DNA of 64,000 bases, from IMG/VR virus record IMGVR_UViG_3300028628_000004. The stretch is one strand, 5' to 3'. A program made the position numbers and the translations under genes. The stretch is from a virus (lineage: Duplodnaviria; Caudoviricetes). Positions 42,302 to 52,381 of the stretch are shown one piece after another (position 1 is the first letter of the stretch; each line of letters begins with the position of its first letter). Under the pieces are notes generated by a model that worked only from the letters and a program-made list of their open reading frames with translations, searched no databases and was not told where the DNA came from.

Positions 42302-45300
42302 TTATTACATCACCAAGTTTTGGGAACTCAAATTCAGATAGTTTAATATCTAAGGTGTAGTTCCATTCTCGTGTTCCGTCTATCTTAAGCGTGTCGAATA
42401 GAGGCTGAACAACCTTGACAAGAGACGGATCCTTTGCTATAAGAGACATTATTTTGTTTCTTCTTGCAATGTCAACGTCTACATCAGATTGGCGGAAGTT
42501 TATATCATAATCAGCCGCATTAAATTTATTATCAGGGTCTTTGTTTAACATGATTTCCACAGATTCAACATAATCTATTTGCATAAGGAAGATTATATCA
42601 GATGATCTAATAGTTTCTCCAAGAGTATGATTGTCTGGTGAGAAATAATCTTGGATATTCTTTCTCATTTCTGTTTCTATTTGCTCACCGCTTCCGAATT
42701 TTGACTTTTTGTATCTTATTGATACATCTATAGGTATCCATTTAGCAGCGGTCACTACATGCTCAGCACCTATCATCTTGAAAGTGGAGTTATCTAACTT
42801 TTTTATCATAGCGTCTGAAAGAGACTTTGATATTATGTTACTTCCGTCTTTATTTAACCCCACGACAAATATGTGATTGAACCAGTACTTTGATTGCTCG
42901 CTTTCAGGAATTAGTCCAGCGTCTTTAATTTCCTGATAGGTTAGTACTTTTGAAGTTTGGAGATAGTTACTGAATACTTCTCGAATGTATCTTTCATAAT
43001 CTGCCAACGAGACGTTTCTTTCTTGCGTTACAAAGGTATTTGTAATGTTTTGGCGTATTTCATCAACAGTTTCTATTTCATTTCCACCAAATGCTATCTT
43101 ATTCTGAATGATTGAAATATCACCTGTACGCAACGGCGTTTTTTCAGAATCTATTATCTTGGAAGATGGTGCGTTTCCGCTGAAGTAAAGAGATGACTTT
43201 AGTCCGACTAGGCTTACGAAGTTTTTCTCGAAGTTAATATTGGTATTATCATCACCAATTATGTACTTAGAAAGTACAACATCTTTACTTAAAGCGTTTT
43301 TTGCTATGTTTCCGTCTTTGCCAACCGATACAAGCCCAAATACGAAAATTTCTTTATCAATTACCGTGCTTCCCCATACTTCACCATCACCAAATTCAAT
43401 CATAGTCTTCTTGTCGGGGTTTACCTTCACATAATATACTTCATTACCAGGGGACGGATCGCCATCATATCCCGCCCCTGCCCTATCCCACTCATCCCAT
43501 GTTCCAGCAGTATTTTTGACAAATACCCTAATAGAATTCGTAGAAACAGTATCGTCATTTATAATTAATCTAACGTCATTCTGAAATACTCTTGTTGGAT
43601 CTACGCTCATATTAAGCTTATTGTTGTTATCATCTACAACGGTATTTGCGTTAATATAACTATATGATATTGTTCCCTGCATCAACCCATTTATTTCAAA
43701 TGTTTCGGGAATGTTATTGAAGTAAAGACCCGGTATTTGAAGCTCTGTACTGGTTTGACCACTGAAGTCAATTTCTCCGTGTTTTTGATATGTGTAGTCT
43801 GCGGCATTACTATCGACATACCAATCAATATCAATTGTCTGATCTGTATTTGGTTCTGCCTTTATTGTAAATCCACTACTTGATTTGTTTGAGTAGAATA
43901 CCCTAACGTTCTTATTTGGTACGAGTTGAATAGCATAGTTATTATCGTTAATTGGGACATTTAAATTTACAGGAACTCCGCTTTGTGCCTGGGCAGGAGA
44001 AAGAGTTATTTTTCCTGTTTGTCTATAAGCAGATGCTAATTCCACTGGAACCGAATCTGCGCCATAGTAGTTGAATATACTCCAACTTACCTTTCCAAAA
44101 AAGTCCTTTTCGGTGGCTATGGTAAATCCGTTTTCCGTAATGTTTTCGTACCAAACTTCCACATTATCATTTGGCGTCAATTGAATCATGTAGTTAGAAA
44201 CATCACCATCAACCGATACACCAAGCGGAACTGGGGTGTTAAATGAAACATCAACGCTAGTAGTTTTTAATCTTGATATCTTAGTCGCTGTCCAGCTAAT
44301 GTAACCCTCGAATTGTGTATTTGGCTCAACATATAAGTCAAACGAACGCTCGCTTTTATTCGAGTGCCATGTTCTTACATTTCCCTCTGGCGTAATATTT
44401 ATTGCATAATCGGTTGGAGATTCGCCGGGCTGTAAAACAAATGGCTTATCAAAAATAATACGCTGAAAGCGTGTGTCTCTTTCAAAATATACCCTGCTGC
44501 CCTTTTGTTCTGTTGTTAGTGCGCTATCATTTGCAACAAATTTAAGATCCCCAAACTTGTTGCCGGATGTAGTTTCAAGTGTTTTTGTTCCGGTTGCTCC
44601 GTCCGTATATTTTGTGTTTATTTTAGCTATAGTTACCTGATTACTTATTGGCTCCTGTGAAGTAACTATGAGTTGGGCGTTATAATTTGTTTCTGGGGAG
44701 TTTTCGTCACCTATTGCCAAATTTACATTATATTCTGATATACCAGAGTCCCAATAATTTGATGGTATTTTCTGAGATTGTATTGTTCCACTATTAAAAG
44801 TTAATATTTTTCCATTAACAAGAACCCCAAGAGGCGGCGAGCTTCCGTCTTTATTAATAACTAGCTTTATTCTTTCGACAGAATTTGTCGTTCCGCCAAG
44901 TGTATCATATTCCAATCTGCATGATTCAAGATTTTGAATTCCAGTTACTCCCACCATAAATCTTTGGTACGAATTCATGTCCACAACTTCTAATCTGTAA
45001 AATGTATTAGTATTATCGGTTGGAACTAATCTAAAAGTACATATAACATCGTCAAGCTTATCATTAATAACATTGTCCGACTCAGCGACAGTCATATATG
45101 GCGTCGATGTTGAAATGTCAAAGTTAAATATAAGAGAATAGATGATGTTTGGTAGGAGAGGATTGGCATATTCAAGGGTATTGACAGTTCTTACGAATGG
45201 CTGCCCTATGCTCTGATTGTCTGCTGGATTTGACTTGGGGTAATTTTCAACGTCAAATGGTCTATAATTATCACTTGAAGTTTTTACTATTATTGATAGT

Positions 45301-45905
45301 GGTTTAAGTAGAGATAGAGGCAAAGAAATTTTGGTTGGGTCAATGCCAATGACACTTCCACCAATATCGAAAAAGCTTGCCCTTGCTGTTGTTGGCATGG
45401 AATATCCGGCATATCTAAGATCGCTATCTTCTAGCTGTCTTATACCATAGCCCTTGGTTATGTATACAACTGGCTTTGGGTTGGTAAATGAAAACGATTT
45501 TCCATCTTTTGTTGGTGTATCAGAGGGGAAAATAGAATATGCTGGTATTTCAATATACTTTCCTATTTTTCCAAAAACATATTCTGGATTTAAAGACCCT
45601 ACCACATCTACTTCGGCAGACAGTCTTCCACGAGCGTTATATCTCAATGTGTTGCCGATTTTATTTAAGCTCTTATAAAGTTTAGCAGTTGGCTGAAAAA
45701 TTTCATTTGCGGCGGCGTGGTTGTAGTAGCTATTTTGCGATCCTATGGCAGCTATTTGTTCCAATAAAACACTGATGTTGGATCCTTCTATGTTGAAGTC
45801 CTTGTAGGTGCTTGTCTCTCGCAAGTTATTAGATATCTCATTTATAATTTCTTGGAAATCGAAATTAGTATATGATATAGTCTTCTTTTCTTTGGATTTA
45901 TCCAT
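42285..45905 (-). CDS. baseplate wedge subunit, T4 gp6-like
   Basis: DFQEI, YKDFNIEGSNISVLL, IEFGDG, GKDGN, GG.E.ET.DEIR, Q.R.V..DY. Confidence 0.88.
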   Translation of the reverse strand: MDKSKEKKTISYTNFDFQEIINEISNNLRETSTYKDFNIEGSNISVLLEQIAAIGSQNSYYNHAAANEIFQPTAKLYKSLNKIGNTLRYNARGRLSAEVDVVGSLNPEYVFGKIGKYIEIPAYSIFPSDTPTKDGKSFSFTNPKPVVYITKGYGIRQLEDSDLRYAGYSMPTTARASFFDIGGSVIGIDPTKISLPLSLLKPLSIIVKTSSDNYRPFDVENYPKSNPADNQSIGQPFVRTVNTLEYANPLLPNIIYSLIFNFDISTSTPYMTVAESDNVINDKLDDVICTFRLVPTDNTNTFYRLEVVDMNSYQRFMVGVTGIQNLESCRLEYDTLGGTTNSVERIKLVINKDGSSPPLGVLVNGKILTFNSGTIQSQKIPSNYWDSGISEYNVNLAIGDENSPETNYNAQLIVTSQEPISNQVTIAKINTKYTDGATGTKTLETTSGNKFGDLKFVANDSALTTEQKGSRVYFERDTRFQRIIFDKPFVLQPGESPTDYAINITPEGNVRTWHSNKSERSFDLYVEPNTQFEGYISWTATKISRLKTTSVDVSFNTPVPLGVSVDGDVSNYMIQLTPNDNVEVWYENITENGFTIATEKDFFGKVSWSIFNYYGADSVPVELASAYRQTGKITLSPAQAQSGVPVNLNVPINDNNYAIQLVPNKNVRVFYSNKSSSGFTIKAEPNTDQTIDIDWYVDSNAADYTYQKHGEIDFSGQTSTELQIPGLYFNNIPETFEINGLMQGTISYSYINANTVVDDNNNKLNMSVDPTRVFQNDVRLIINDDTVSTNSIRVFVKNTAGTWDEWDRAGAGYDGDPSPGNEVYYVKVNPDKKTMIEFGDGEVWGSTVIDKEIFVFGLVSVGKDGNIAKNALSKDVVLSKYIIGDDNTNINFEKNFVSLVGLKSSLYFSGNAPSSKIIDSEKTPLRTGDISIIQNKIAFGGNEIETVDEIRQNITNTFVTQERNVSLADYERYIREVFSNYLQTSKVLTYQEIKDAGLIPESEQSKYWFNHIFVVGLNKDGSNIISKSLSDAMIKKLDNSTFKMIGAEHVVTAAKWIPIDVSIRYKKSKFGSGEQIETEMRKNIQDYFSPDNHTLGETIRSSDIIFLMQIDYVESVEIMLNKDPDNKFNAADYDINFRQSDVDVDIARRNKIMSLIAKDPSLVKVVQPLFDTLKIDGTREWNYTLDIKLSEFEFPKLGDVIIEREE

Positions 45906-45912
45906 TTGTCAC

Positions 45913-46311
45913 CTATATTTTCTGCAATGTGAAAGTAATCGAATCTCGTTCTTGTAGGTTTAATATTGTATATGTTATGTCTATTTGATAAACTTGAGTA
46001 TCTAAAAACATGTTGACATTTACATTATTAATACTTATTCTCGGTTCCCATCTTGATAGCGAATTACTAATATCGTTTCCTATAGAATTTCCAGTTTCTT
46101 CATCAAATGGCTCAAATAAGTAGCTCTCTATCATACAACCAAAGCTTGGGTTAAGATGACGGGATCCGCGTCTTGTATGTAAGATATTAAACATCGACTG
46201 TCTAATCGAATCCTTAAAATTCGTCACAGGTATGTCACCAGTGGCATCTAACTTCATATTAAATGGTAAATCGGAATATACACCGACTTTATCCTGCGTT
46301 CTTTTTGCCAT
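45913..46311 (-). CDS. baseplate wedge subunit, T4 gp25-like
   Basis: YSDL, SIRQS..NIL.T..GSR...P.FG, LFEP, WEPRI. Confidence 0.92.
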   Translation of the reverse strand: MAKRTQDKVGVYSDLPFNMKLDATGDIPVTNFKDSIRQSMFNILHTRRGSRHLNPSFGCMIESYLFEPFDEETGNSIGNDISNSLSRWEPRISINNVNVNMFLDTQVYQIDITYTILNLQERDSITFTLQKI

Positions 46312-46346
46312 TTATTCCTCATTAGTATATTTATACAAATTATATA

Positions 46347-47981
46347 TTATACTTCTCTACCAAGGAATGTATCATTTTTAATAGTTGGTTGCTGCGGTGG
46401 AGGTCGCGATACAGAATTTCCTTGTTTGTCTTCGTAGGCTGGCGGGTTTGGCGGTTCTAGCGTTGTTTCTGTTCCTGCTACAAATTTGACCGGATCCGGA
46501 GGTATAGGCGGCTTAGGAGGTATTGGTGTTCCTGGGTATGGCATTGCAAATCCGGCTATTGGTCCAGGGAAAGCTCCTGGGTGGCGGGCATTTATCGTAT
46601 GTGAGCTACACATCTTGTCACCACCAAATCCAGCTTGATCTATTCTGAATGTGGATCCTGCGTTGACATGGAATCCACTTGGGGTACATGTGACGCTGTA
46701 TTGGGTACACTTGAAAGAAGTGTCGGATGATGAAGATATGTTTAGGGATGCGCCGGATTCGAAGTTTATATCACCAGCAGCTTTAAAGCTTATATTAGAA
46801 GAAGATTCTACGGAAAGATCCGAATTACATTTTATAGAGGTCTTTCCCACTGATTCAACTGTCAATTTACCCTCGACCTTTGCAGTTAAATCCTTTTCGA
46901 CATGAACTTGGGCATTTCCTTTGACGTTTAAATTTGTATTGCCCCCTGTATCTATATTGACATCCCCCGTTTCTACAACAATGTTAACATTGCCGTTTCT
47001 GGAAACAATTCCTATGTTTTTATTGGCATTTAACTGATAGTCGCCCTCTACTTGAATAGATTTACTTTTGTTTACAAATATTTCAAAATCGCCGCCTATA
47101 TGTAATTCATAATTATTGGCTACTAGGTTTTCTAAGTCATTTGCCTTTCCGGCATTGTTACTATCCTTGAATCCATTATTCCCCACCATTATCTTACGTT
47201 GACCGTTATGTTCTATATATTCAATAGTTCCCTTGTGAATTATGTAATGTTTCTCTAGGTTGTCTTTATTCACGATAATATGCGTAACACCACCGGGAGA
47301 TGTATAGCTTGTTATATGATAATTTTCAATATCGTCAATATTGAAAATTTCTATTTTTGGTTTTTCGTTGATTGTCTTTATCTTAGCGTTTTGAGTTGTG
47401 GTGAACTTTCCTTTATGTTCTTCTTTATCAATAAGTGGGTCAATGTTGTCTTGCCAAAACTTAACATTGTCCTTTTTGATTTTTATTTCATTTACGAGCT
47501 TATTTTTCTGTTTCACCCAGTCATCTTTTTTTGGTGCTAAAGACCAGTATTGTGGTCTGGTATGATCATTATTTTCAAAGAATACCCATACTTGTGATCC
47601 CTTACGGGGAGTAGTGTATATTCCACCAGTTCCGTCGCTTTCTTGTATAGGATCTACGAAAGATATAGTTAGATCGTCAGATGTTCGCTGCGGTGGGATA
47701 AAGTTGCTGCCACCACCCGGTTTATATCTATCAGAATCTTTGCCTGTTTTATTGTCAAGGTTCTTACCACCAGAATAATACATCGCTAAGCATGGTTCTG
47801 CCCACGGCAAATGATCGACCGGAGTCTCGTTAACATCAAGAGAGTGAATTCCAGATATTCTTACGCGAACTCTACCAAGCTGAAGAGGATCTTCGTTATC
47901 TTCTACTATGGCTCTGTAGTTGCCAGGAAAGTCGTAGTCTTCTTTCCCGAATGAATTTGCATCTATTTCGCTTGGCGTCAT
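46347..47981 (-). CDS. baseplate hub/spike, T4 gp5-like (OB fold + beta-helix)
   Basis: VEDNEDPLQLGRVRVRI.G.H, LPWA, P..GSQVWVFF, V.G repeats; no lysozyme motif seen. Confidence 0.88.
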   Translation of the reverse strand: MTPSEIDANSFGKEDYDFPGNYRAIVEDNEDPLQLGRVRVRISGIHSLDVNETPVDHLPWAEPCLAMYYSGGKNLDNKTGKDSDRYKPGGGSNFIPPQRTSDDLTISFVDPIQESDGTGGIYTTPRKGSQVWVFFENNDHTRPQYWSLAPKKDDWVKQKNKLVNEIKIKKDNVKFWQDNIDPLIDKEEHKGKFTTTQNAKIKTINEKPKIEIFNIDDIENYHITSYTSPGGVTHIIVNKDNLEKHYIIHKGTIEYIEHNGQRKIMVGNNGFKDSNNAGKANDLENLVANNYELHIGGDFEIFVNKSKSIQVEGDYQLNANKNIGIVSRNGNVNIVVETGDVNIDTGGNTNLNVKGNAQVHVEKDLTAKVEGKLTVESVGKTSIKCNSDLSVESSSNISFKAAGDINFESGASLNISSSSDTSFKCTQYSVTCTPSGFHVNAGSTFRIDQAGFGGDKMCSSHTINARHPGAFPGPIAGFAMPYPGTPIPPKPPIPPDPVKFVAGTETTLEPPNPPAYEDKQGNSVSRPPPQQPTIKNDTFLGREV

Positions 47982-47991
47982 TTATTCCCCA

Positions 47992-48402
47992 TTAGTAAAA
48001 ATATACCTTCCATTTTCTTCTTGACTCAGTAACAGTGAATCCATGGAATATCCACTGTTCTTCTCTTGCTCGTCGGATAAGGTTGCGGTAAGCCTCTTTT
48101 GTCGAGGGTATTATTACAACTTCTCCAAACATCTCTCTTTTATTTATATTTAACAGAGATGTCGGATCATCTCCAACGATGAACATTATATCCTGCCAGC
48201 TACTTTGGAGTATATAGAATTCTTTGCTGTCTCTACTATCCCACATATACTTCAGTATGGTATTTTTACAACTACATTTATTATCTGCAATATATGAATC
48301 AACATAACTACTAAGCTGTGGAAAGTGGGCTATTATATCTTGTCTGAACGCTATATTTTCACGAATATAAACTAGTATTTCTGGATTAATTGTCTGTCCC
48401 AT
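47992..48402 (-). CDS. hypothetical protein
   Basis: ATG 6 nt after TATAAT. Confidence 0.6.
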   Translation of the reverse strand: MGQTINPEILVYIRENIAFRQDIIAHFPQLSSYVDSYIADNKCSCKNTILKYMWDSRDSKEFYILQSSWQDIMFIVGDDPTSLLNINKREMFGEVVIIPSTKEAYRNLIRRAREEQWIFHGFTVTESRRKWKVYFY

Positions 48403-48423
48403 CACTATATTATAACAATAAAT

Positions 48424-48452
48424 AAAAACCCACCCAAGTTAAACCTGGGTGG
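48424..48452 (-). terminator. intrinsic terminator
   Basis: CCCACCCAG/TTGGGTGGG stem plus T-run on minus strand. Confidence 0.7.
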
Positions 48453-48480
48453 GAACTGTAATTTTAGTTTTTATTTTTAC

Positions 48481-48756
48481 TTATTCAGCGCCGACTACAG
48501 TCTGTATAGTCGCAGATGCCACATTTGGCAATGTGACCTTAACGCAACGGACAACTTCTCCGCCATAACGAAGACGAGCCTTCTGAGCGCGGTCATAAGA
48601 CTGCATTCTGATAGCCTGATTGCGGAATCCCTTTGCCCAGCGATACTTGGGCTGGTTGGCATTGACGCTGCTGCGCCTGCGGGCGAGATAAGCTCCACCG
48701 CTGGTGCGGTCACGCACAATGTAATATTCGCTGACGATAACTTTAGTGTTAGACAT
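48481..48756 (-). CDS. small basic hypothetical protein
   Basis: AGGAG SD, own promoter and terminator. Confidence 0.65.
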   Translation of the reverse strand: MSNTKVIVSEYYIVRDRTSGGAYLARRRSSVNANQPKYRWAKGFRNQAIRMQSYDRAQKARLRYGGEVVRCVKVTLPNVASATIQTVVGAE

Positions 48757-48840
48757 ATTTTTCTCCTGTGTTTTTATAATACCGAATGAACCTTTCATTC
48801 ATAACAATATCATACAATATTAATCGTATTAATCAATACC

Positions 48841-49662
48841 CTATTTTCCATCACAGTGACCGGATTTATAGTACTTGCACCAATTGCATAGTCTTTGTGG
48901 TTTTTTGACCCATTTATTCGAATCTTCAAGCTGTATGCCGTTTGTTTTTAATGTTTCTATAGCCCTTTTGACTCTATTTTCGGCGCGTATAATGTCAAAT
49001 TCTTCTAGGTTATAGTATTCCAAAACTTCATCTACGCTCGTTTGGTCTTCGAGACATAAATTAACAATCTCCCCCGTTGCTTCTACAATCTTTTTATCTT
49101 TGGTTGTCTTATTAATAACATAAAGATAAAATCCAAGCTGCTTGCTGTGATCTTTCTTCTTTTTTCCTGTTTTAAAATCTGTTATGAATAGTTTGTTGTT
49201 TATCTCATATATACCATCAACTTTTCCCTGAACATGAATATTCTTTCCATCTACGTTGTCAATATCATATAGATCAAACTGCTCTTCGTGTTTTATTCCC
49301 TTGCACTGTGGGTATCTTTTTGTCAAGTAAAAGTTAGTGTTGTATGCTGCCTTTGCAATCTTAGCTCTATATTCGGGATTTAACTTATTCCAGTATTTTT
49401 CCTTAAGATTTTCATCTTCTTTGAATAATTTTAATAATCCCTTTATTTCCTCGCCAGCACCGCCTTTATAGTTTTCGATTATTATGTGTAACATGCGCCC
49501 AAAAACCAATGCTGTTTGGTCATCTGGTACTTTTATCTTTGCTATATATTGAAGATAGTATTGATAGTGGCATTTTTCCATCGTATCAATAGATGAAGTA
49601 GAAAGAGTTATTCCTTCTTTTTGCTTCTTTCCGAATTTCTCTATTATTTGGTATTTTGACAT
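48841..49662 (-). CDS. PD-(D/E)XK (RecB/Cas4-like) nuclease
   Basis: S.S....C, FGRMLH, GKVD, ITDFKTG, QLGFY, CNWC.....C. Confidence 0.88.
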   Translation of the reverse strand: MSKYQIIEKFGKKQKEGITLSTSSIDTMEKCHYQYYLQYIAKIKVPDDQTALVFGRMLHIIIENYKGGAGEEIKGLLKLFKEDENLKEKYWNKLNPEYRAKIAKAAYNTNFYLTKRYPQCKGIKHEEQFDLYDIDNVDGKNIHVQGKVDGIYEINNKLFITDFKTGKKKKDHSKQLGFYLYVINKTTKDKKIVEATGEIVNLCLEDQTSVDEVLEYYNLEEFDIIRAENRVKRAIETLKTNGIQLEDSNKWVKKPQRLCNWCKYYKSGHCDGK

Positions 49663-49663
49663 T

Positions 49664-50256
49664 TTAAAATACTACATATACAGCTATTTTTTTGGGAGAA
49701 AGAGAGGACACGATATCGGAAAAAGCTTCTAACTGGCTCCATTCTATGATGATGGTGTCGTGTGAGAATGAAGATTCTTCGAAATCTGAATATTGGTCTG
49801 ATTCACATTCTACAAGATCCATTTCAACTATCTTTCCAAGAACTCTTGCAATATTATCTTCATCTCTATCAACACTGTGAACCCCAACAACAAAATCTTC
49901 ATCTTCATTGCAATAATATATCATTCATTATCTCCGTTTAGTGAATTTTGTATTTCTTTATTTTTCGGTCTTAGGCAGTCTCTACTGATAATCTCCACGA
50001 TGAAATCAACAGTTGAACTCATGATTGATTTCGTATAAATCAATTCTTCGTAATCAGTATAGTCCTTTTTAACCATTAATGGCTCGTAGGATACAACCAT
50101 GGTCTTCATATCTGGATAGTATTCTAAGACGCAATCTATCTGATCAAGTATTGCTAATTTTGGATGTAAGTAATGACGTGCCCCAGCTTTAAATATTCTA
50201 GGAACATTAGATGGGGGAATCCCATAATGATTTCTGGCGCGAAATGGTTTTGACAT
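49664..50256 (-). CDS. two hypothetical proteins (49664-49924, 49921-50256)
   Basis: Coupled ORFs; ATG 50256 is 6 nt after TATAAT. Confidence 0.55.
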
Positions 50257-50282
50257 AATGTTATTATATCGACATTTATAAA

Positions 50283-50316
50283 AAAACAAAGGCTACTTTG
50301 TAGTAGCCTTTGTTTT
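50283..50316. terminator. bidirectional-looking intrinsic terminator
   Basis: AAAACAAAGGCTACT/AGTAGCCTTTGTTTT inverted repeat. Confidence 0.7.
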
Positions 50317-50954
50317 CACCAGAGGGATATTCCGTTTTCTTCGAGACACTTTATCCAGACATTCTTTTCTCTGGACTTAAATCCCTTCAAAGCTGCCATG
50401 ATCTTTTCCTCTTCGGTGAGGGCGCGAGGCTTGTTGGCAAGCTTGAATCCAAACTTCTCTTCGAATTCACGGAGAGAAAGGTTGTCCTTCGCGCTGTTGC
50501 AACGACGGCAGGCAGCAACAACGTTTTCTATAACGTCATTTCCACCCTTGCTTCGTGGTATAACATGGTCACGAGTTCCGGATCGCATTCCAATCTTGGC
50601 ACCACAGTATTGACAGGTGAAATTGTCCCTTATCAAGACATTTCGAAGCGAAGGAGCGTTTAGGCGGTTAGCCGAGTTCTTCTTCGTCTTTGTCCAGTAG
50701 GTTAGGCGCATGACGGCAGGAATACGATGTGTCCCACTGAACGAGCGGACATTTTCCGACTCGTCAAACCATGCCAGTACTTCCATCTTTGGAAGTCTCT
50801 TCATTTCCTTGGCATACTGTGGGAGAGAAGCATCGTTTGCAATGCTTTCGGGAATGTAGGTCTTGTTCAAAAGATTTAGAGCCTTGCGCCACTTGCGGAC
50901 GCAAAGAAACTCGTTTGATGCGTTAAGTATAAGGCAGCTTGGTATGTGTGCCAT
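50316..50954 (-). CDS. HNH endonuclease (McrA-like)
   Basis: LILNAS, P.V.RL, RDNFTCQYCG, DHVIPRSKGG, NVVAACRRCN..K. Confidence 0.9.
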   Translation of the reverse strand: MAHIPSCLILNASNEFLCVRKWRKALNLLNKTYIPESIANDASLPQYAKEMKRLPKMEVLAWFDESENVRSFSGTHRIPAVMRLTYWTKTKKNSANRLNAPSLRNVLIRDNFTCQYCGAKIGMRSGTRDHVIPRSKGGNDVIENVVAACRRCNSAKDNLSLREFEEKFGFKLANKPRALTEEEKIMAALKGFKSREKNVWIKCLEENGISLW

Positions 50955-51044
50955 GACTATATTCCTCTTCTGTATTTTTCAACTATACAGTTTATTTATA
51001 TTAAATCAAGAGTTATTTTTCCGTTAAAAACAGTGTATCACACA

Positions 51045-52225
51045 CTATCTTTTAAAGGATATTTTATGGGCTTTGTGAGCATTGGCATACTCAAGTCTCT
51101 CTTTTTCATCGTAAGAAAGCTGCACTTTTTTTATGTTCTCTGTTTTCTTATTAAATATATCAATATTAGGATGTGTATAGTTTTCAAAGTCCCACTTAAA
51201 AGTAAAATTTATATTTTCTGGTTCCAAAATATTTGACATTATCTTGGACCATGTATCAGATGTTAGATCTTGAATTACTCTCACGAATATTGCCGTTGGA
51301 CTCTTCCAGTCTCTTGGGAGTTTTTCGGCAAACCCTCTTACTGAATCAGTGCCATATTTTCCAGTATGGTCAAATATGATAACTGGAGTATATTTCGATA
51401 ATTTTGCCTTCACATCATCGACCGAATTACACCATAAAGTTTTTGCGTAAAATGTCTTATCAAGATAAGGAATCGACAAAACTGGAATAGAGATGAATTT
51501 AATCCCAGCATCGGCAAGTTCTTTTTTCCCAAATGCCCGAATATCAACCATTATCCACCCCTAGCAACTGGACCAAGATTAGCAGTTATTTTAGGATGTA
51601 CTTCGACAAATGATTCTACTACGCACCACTGCCCCATAGTCATTTTTAAAGATGCACCAACTGCATTAGTAGTTTCTGTTATAGTTACGACGTCTTTTCC
51701 ATATCCAGTGATTTTTCCATCTGGAATGTTAAGTTGCTTAATAACATCCGATAAGTTCCAACCAGATATTTTTTCTTTAATCTCTGGTTTAAGATCCTCA
51801 CGCACATAGATGACAAAATTAGTTTTTGACATATTAATACCTCGTTGTTGAATATTATAACATAACAAATTATATTATTTTATATCTTCCTTATATTTAA
51901 TCTTCTCTTCAATCCATATATCTATTGTCTTAATAGAATCTGAATATACATTTTCATTTACTTTAATTGTATGTTGTTTGTAATTCTTTTCGTGTGTTAT
52001 TTTATTATATAATATATGTAAACATGTTATATAAAATTTTCCATAGTGGCTAAAATAATAATTATCGTTCATTTCTTTGAATTTTGGCGATTTCCAAACT
52101 ATATTCTTGGCAGTTCTATACCAATTTTTATAGGCATATTTGCATTTTCTTTTTATTATAGAAAACTTCTTTAGTTCTTCTTTAATAAAGATTATTTTTT
52201 GTTTTCTTAAAGTATTGGAATCCAT
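51045..52225 (-). CDS. three hypothetical proteins (51045-51551, 51551-51832, 51875-52225)
   Basis: Co-directional ORFs with promoter or SD signals. Confidence 0.55.
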
Positions 52226-52381
52226 TTATATATTATGTATGTTTTTTATTATTTGTCAATCATTTATTAAAAAGTGTATGATACACTATGAAGAAACTAT
52301 TTGTTTATAGCTTGCGAGCTTTTATATTGCATTTGGAAATCGTGACAAAATTAGGAGTGGATATACACTCCATGATGTTAC

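Noticed and set aside
48841-49662. CRISPR-Cas locus around the Cas4-like nuclease
   Set aside because: No repeat-spacer array or other cas genes seen; solo nucleases of this type are common in phages
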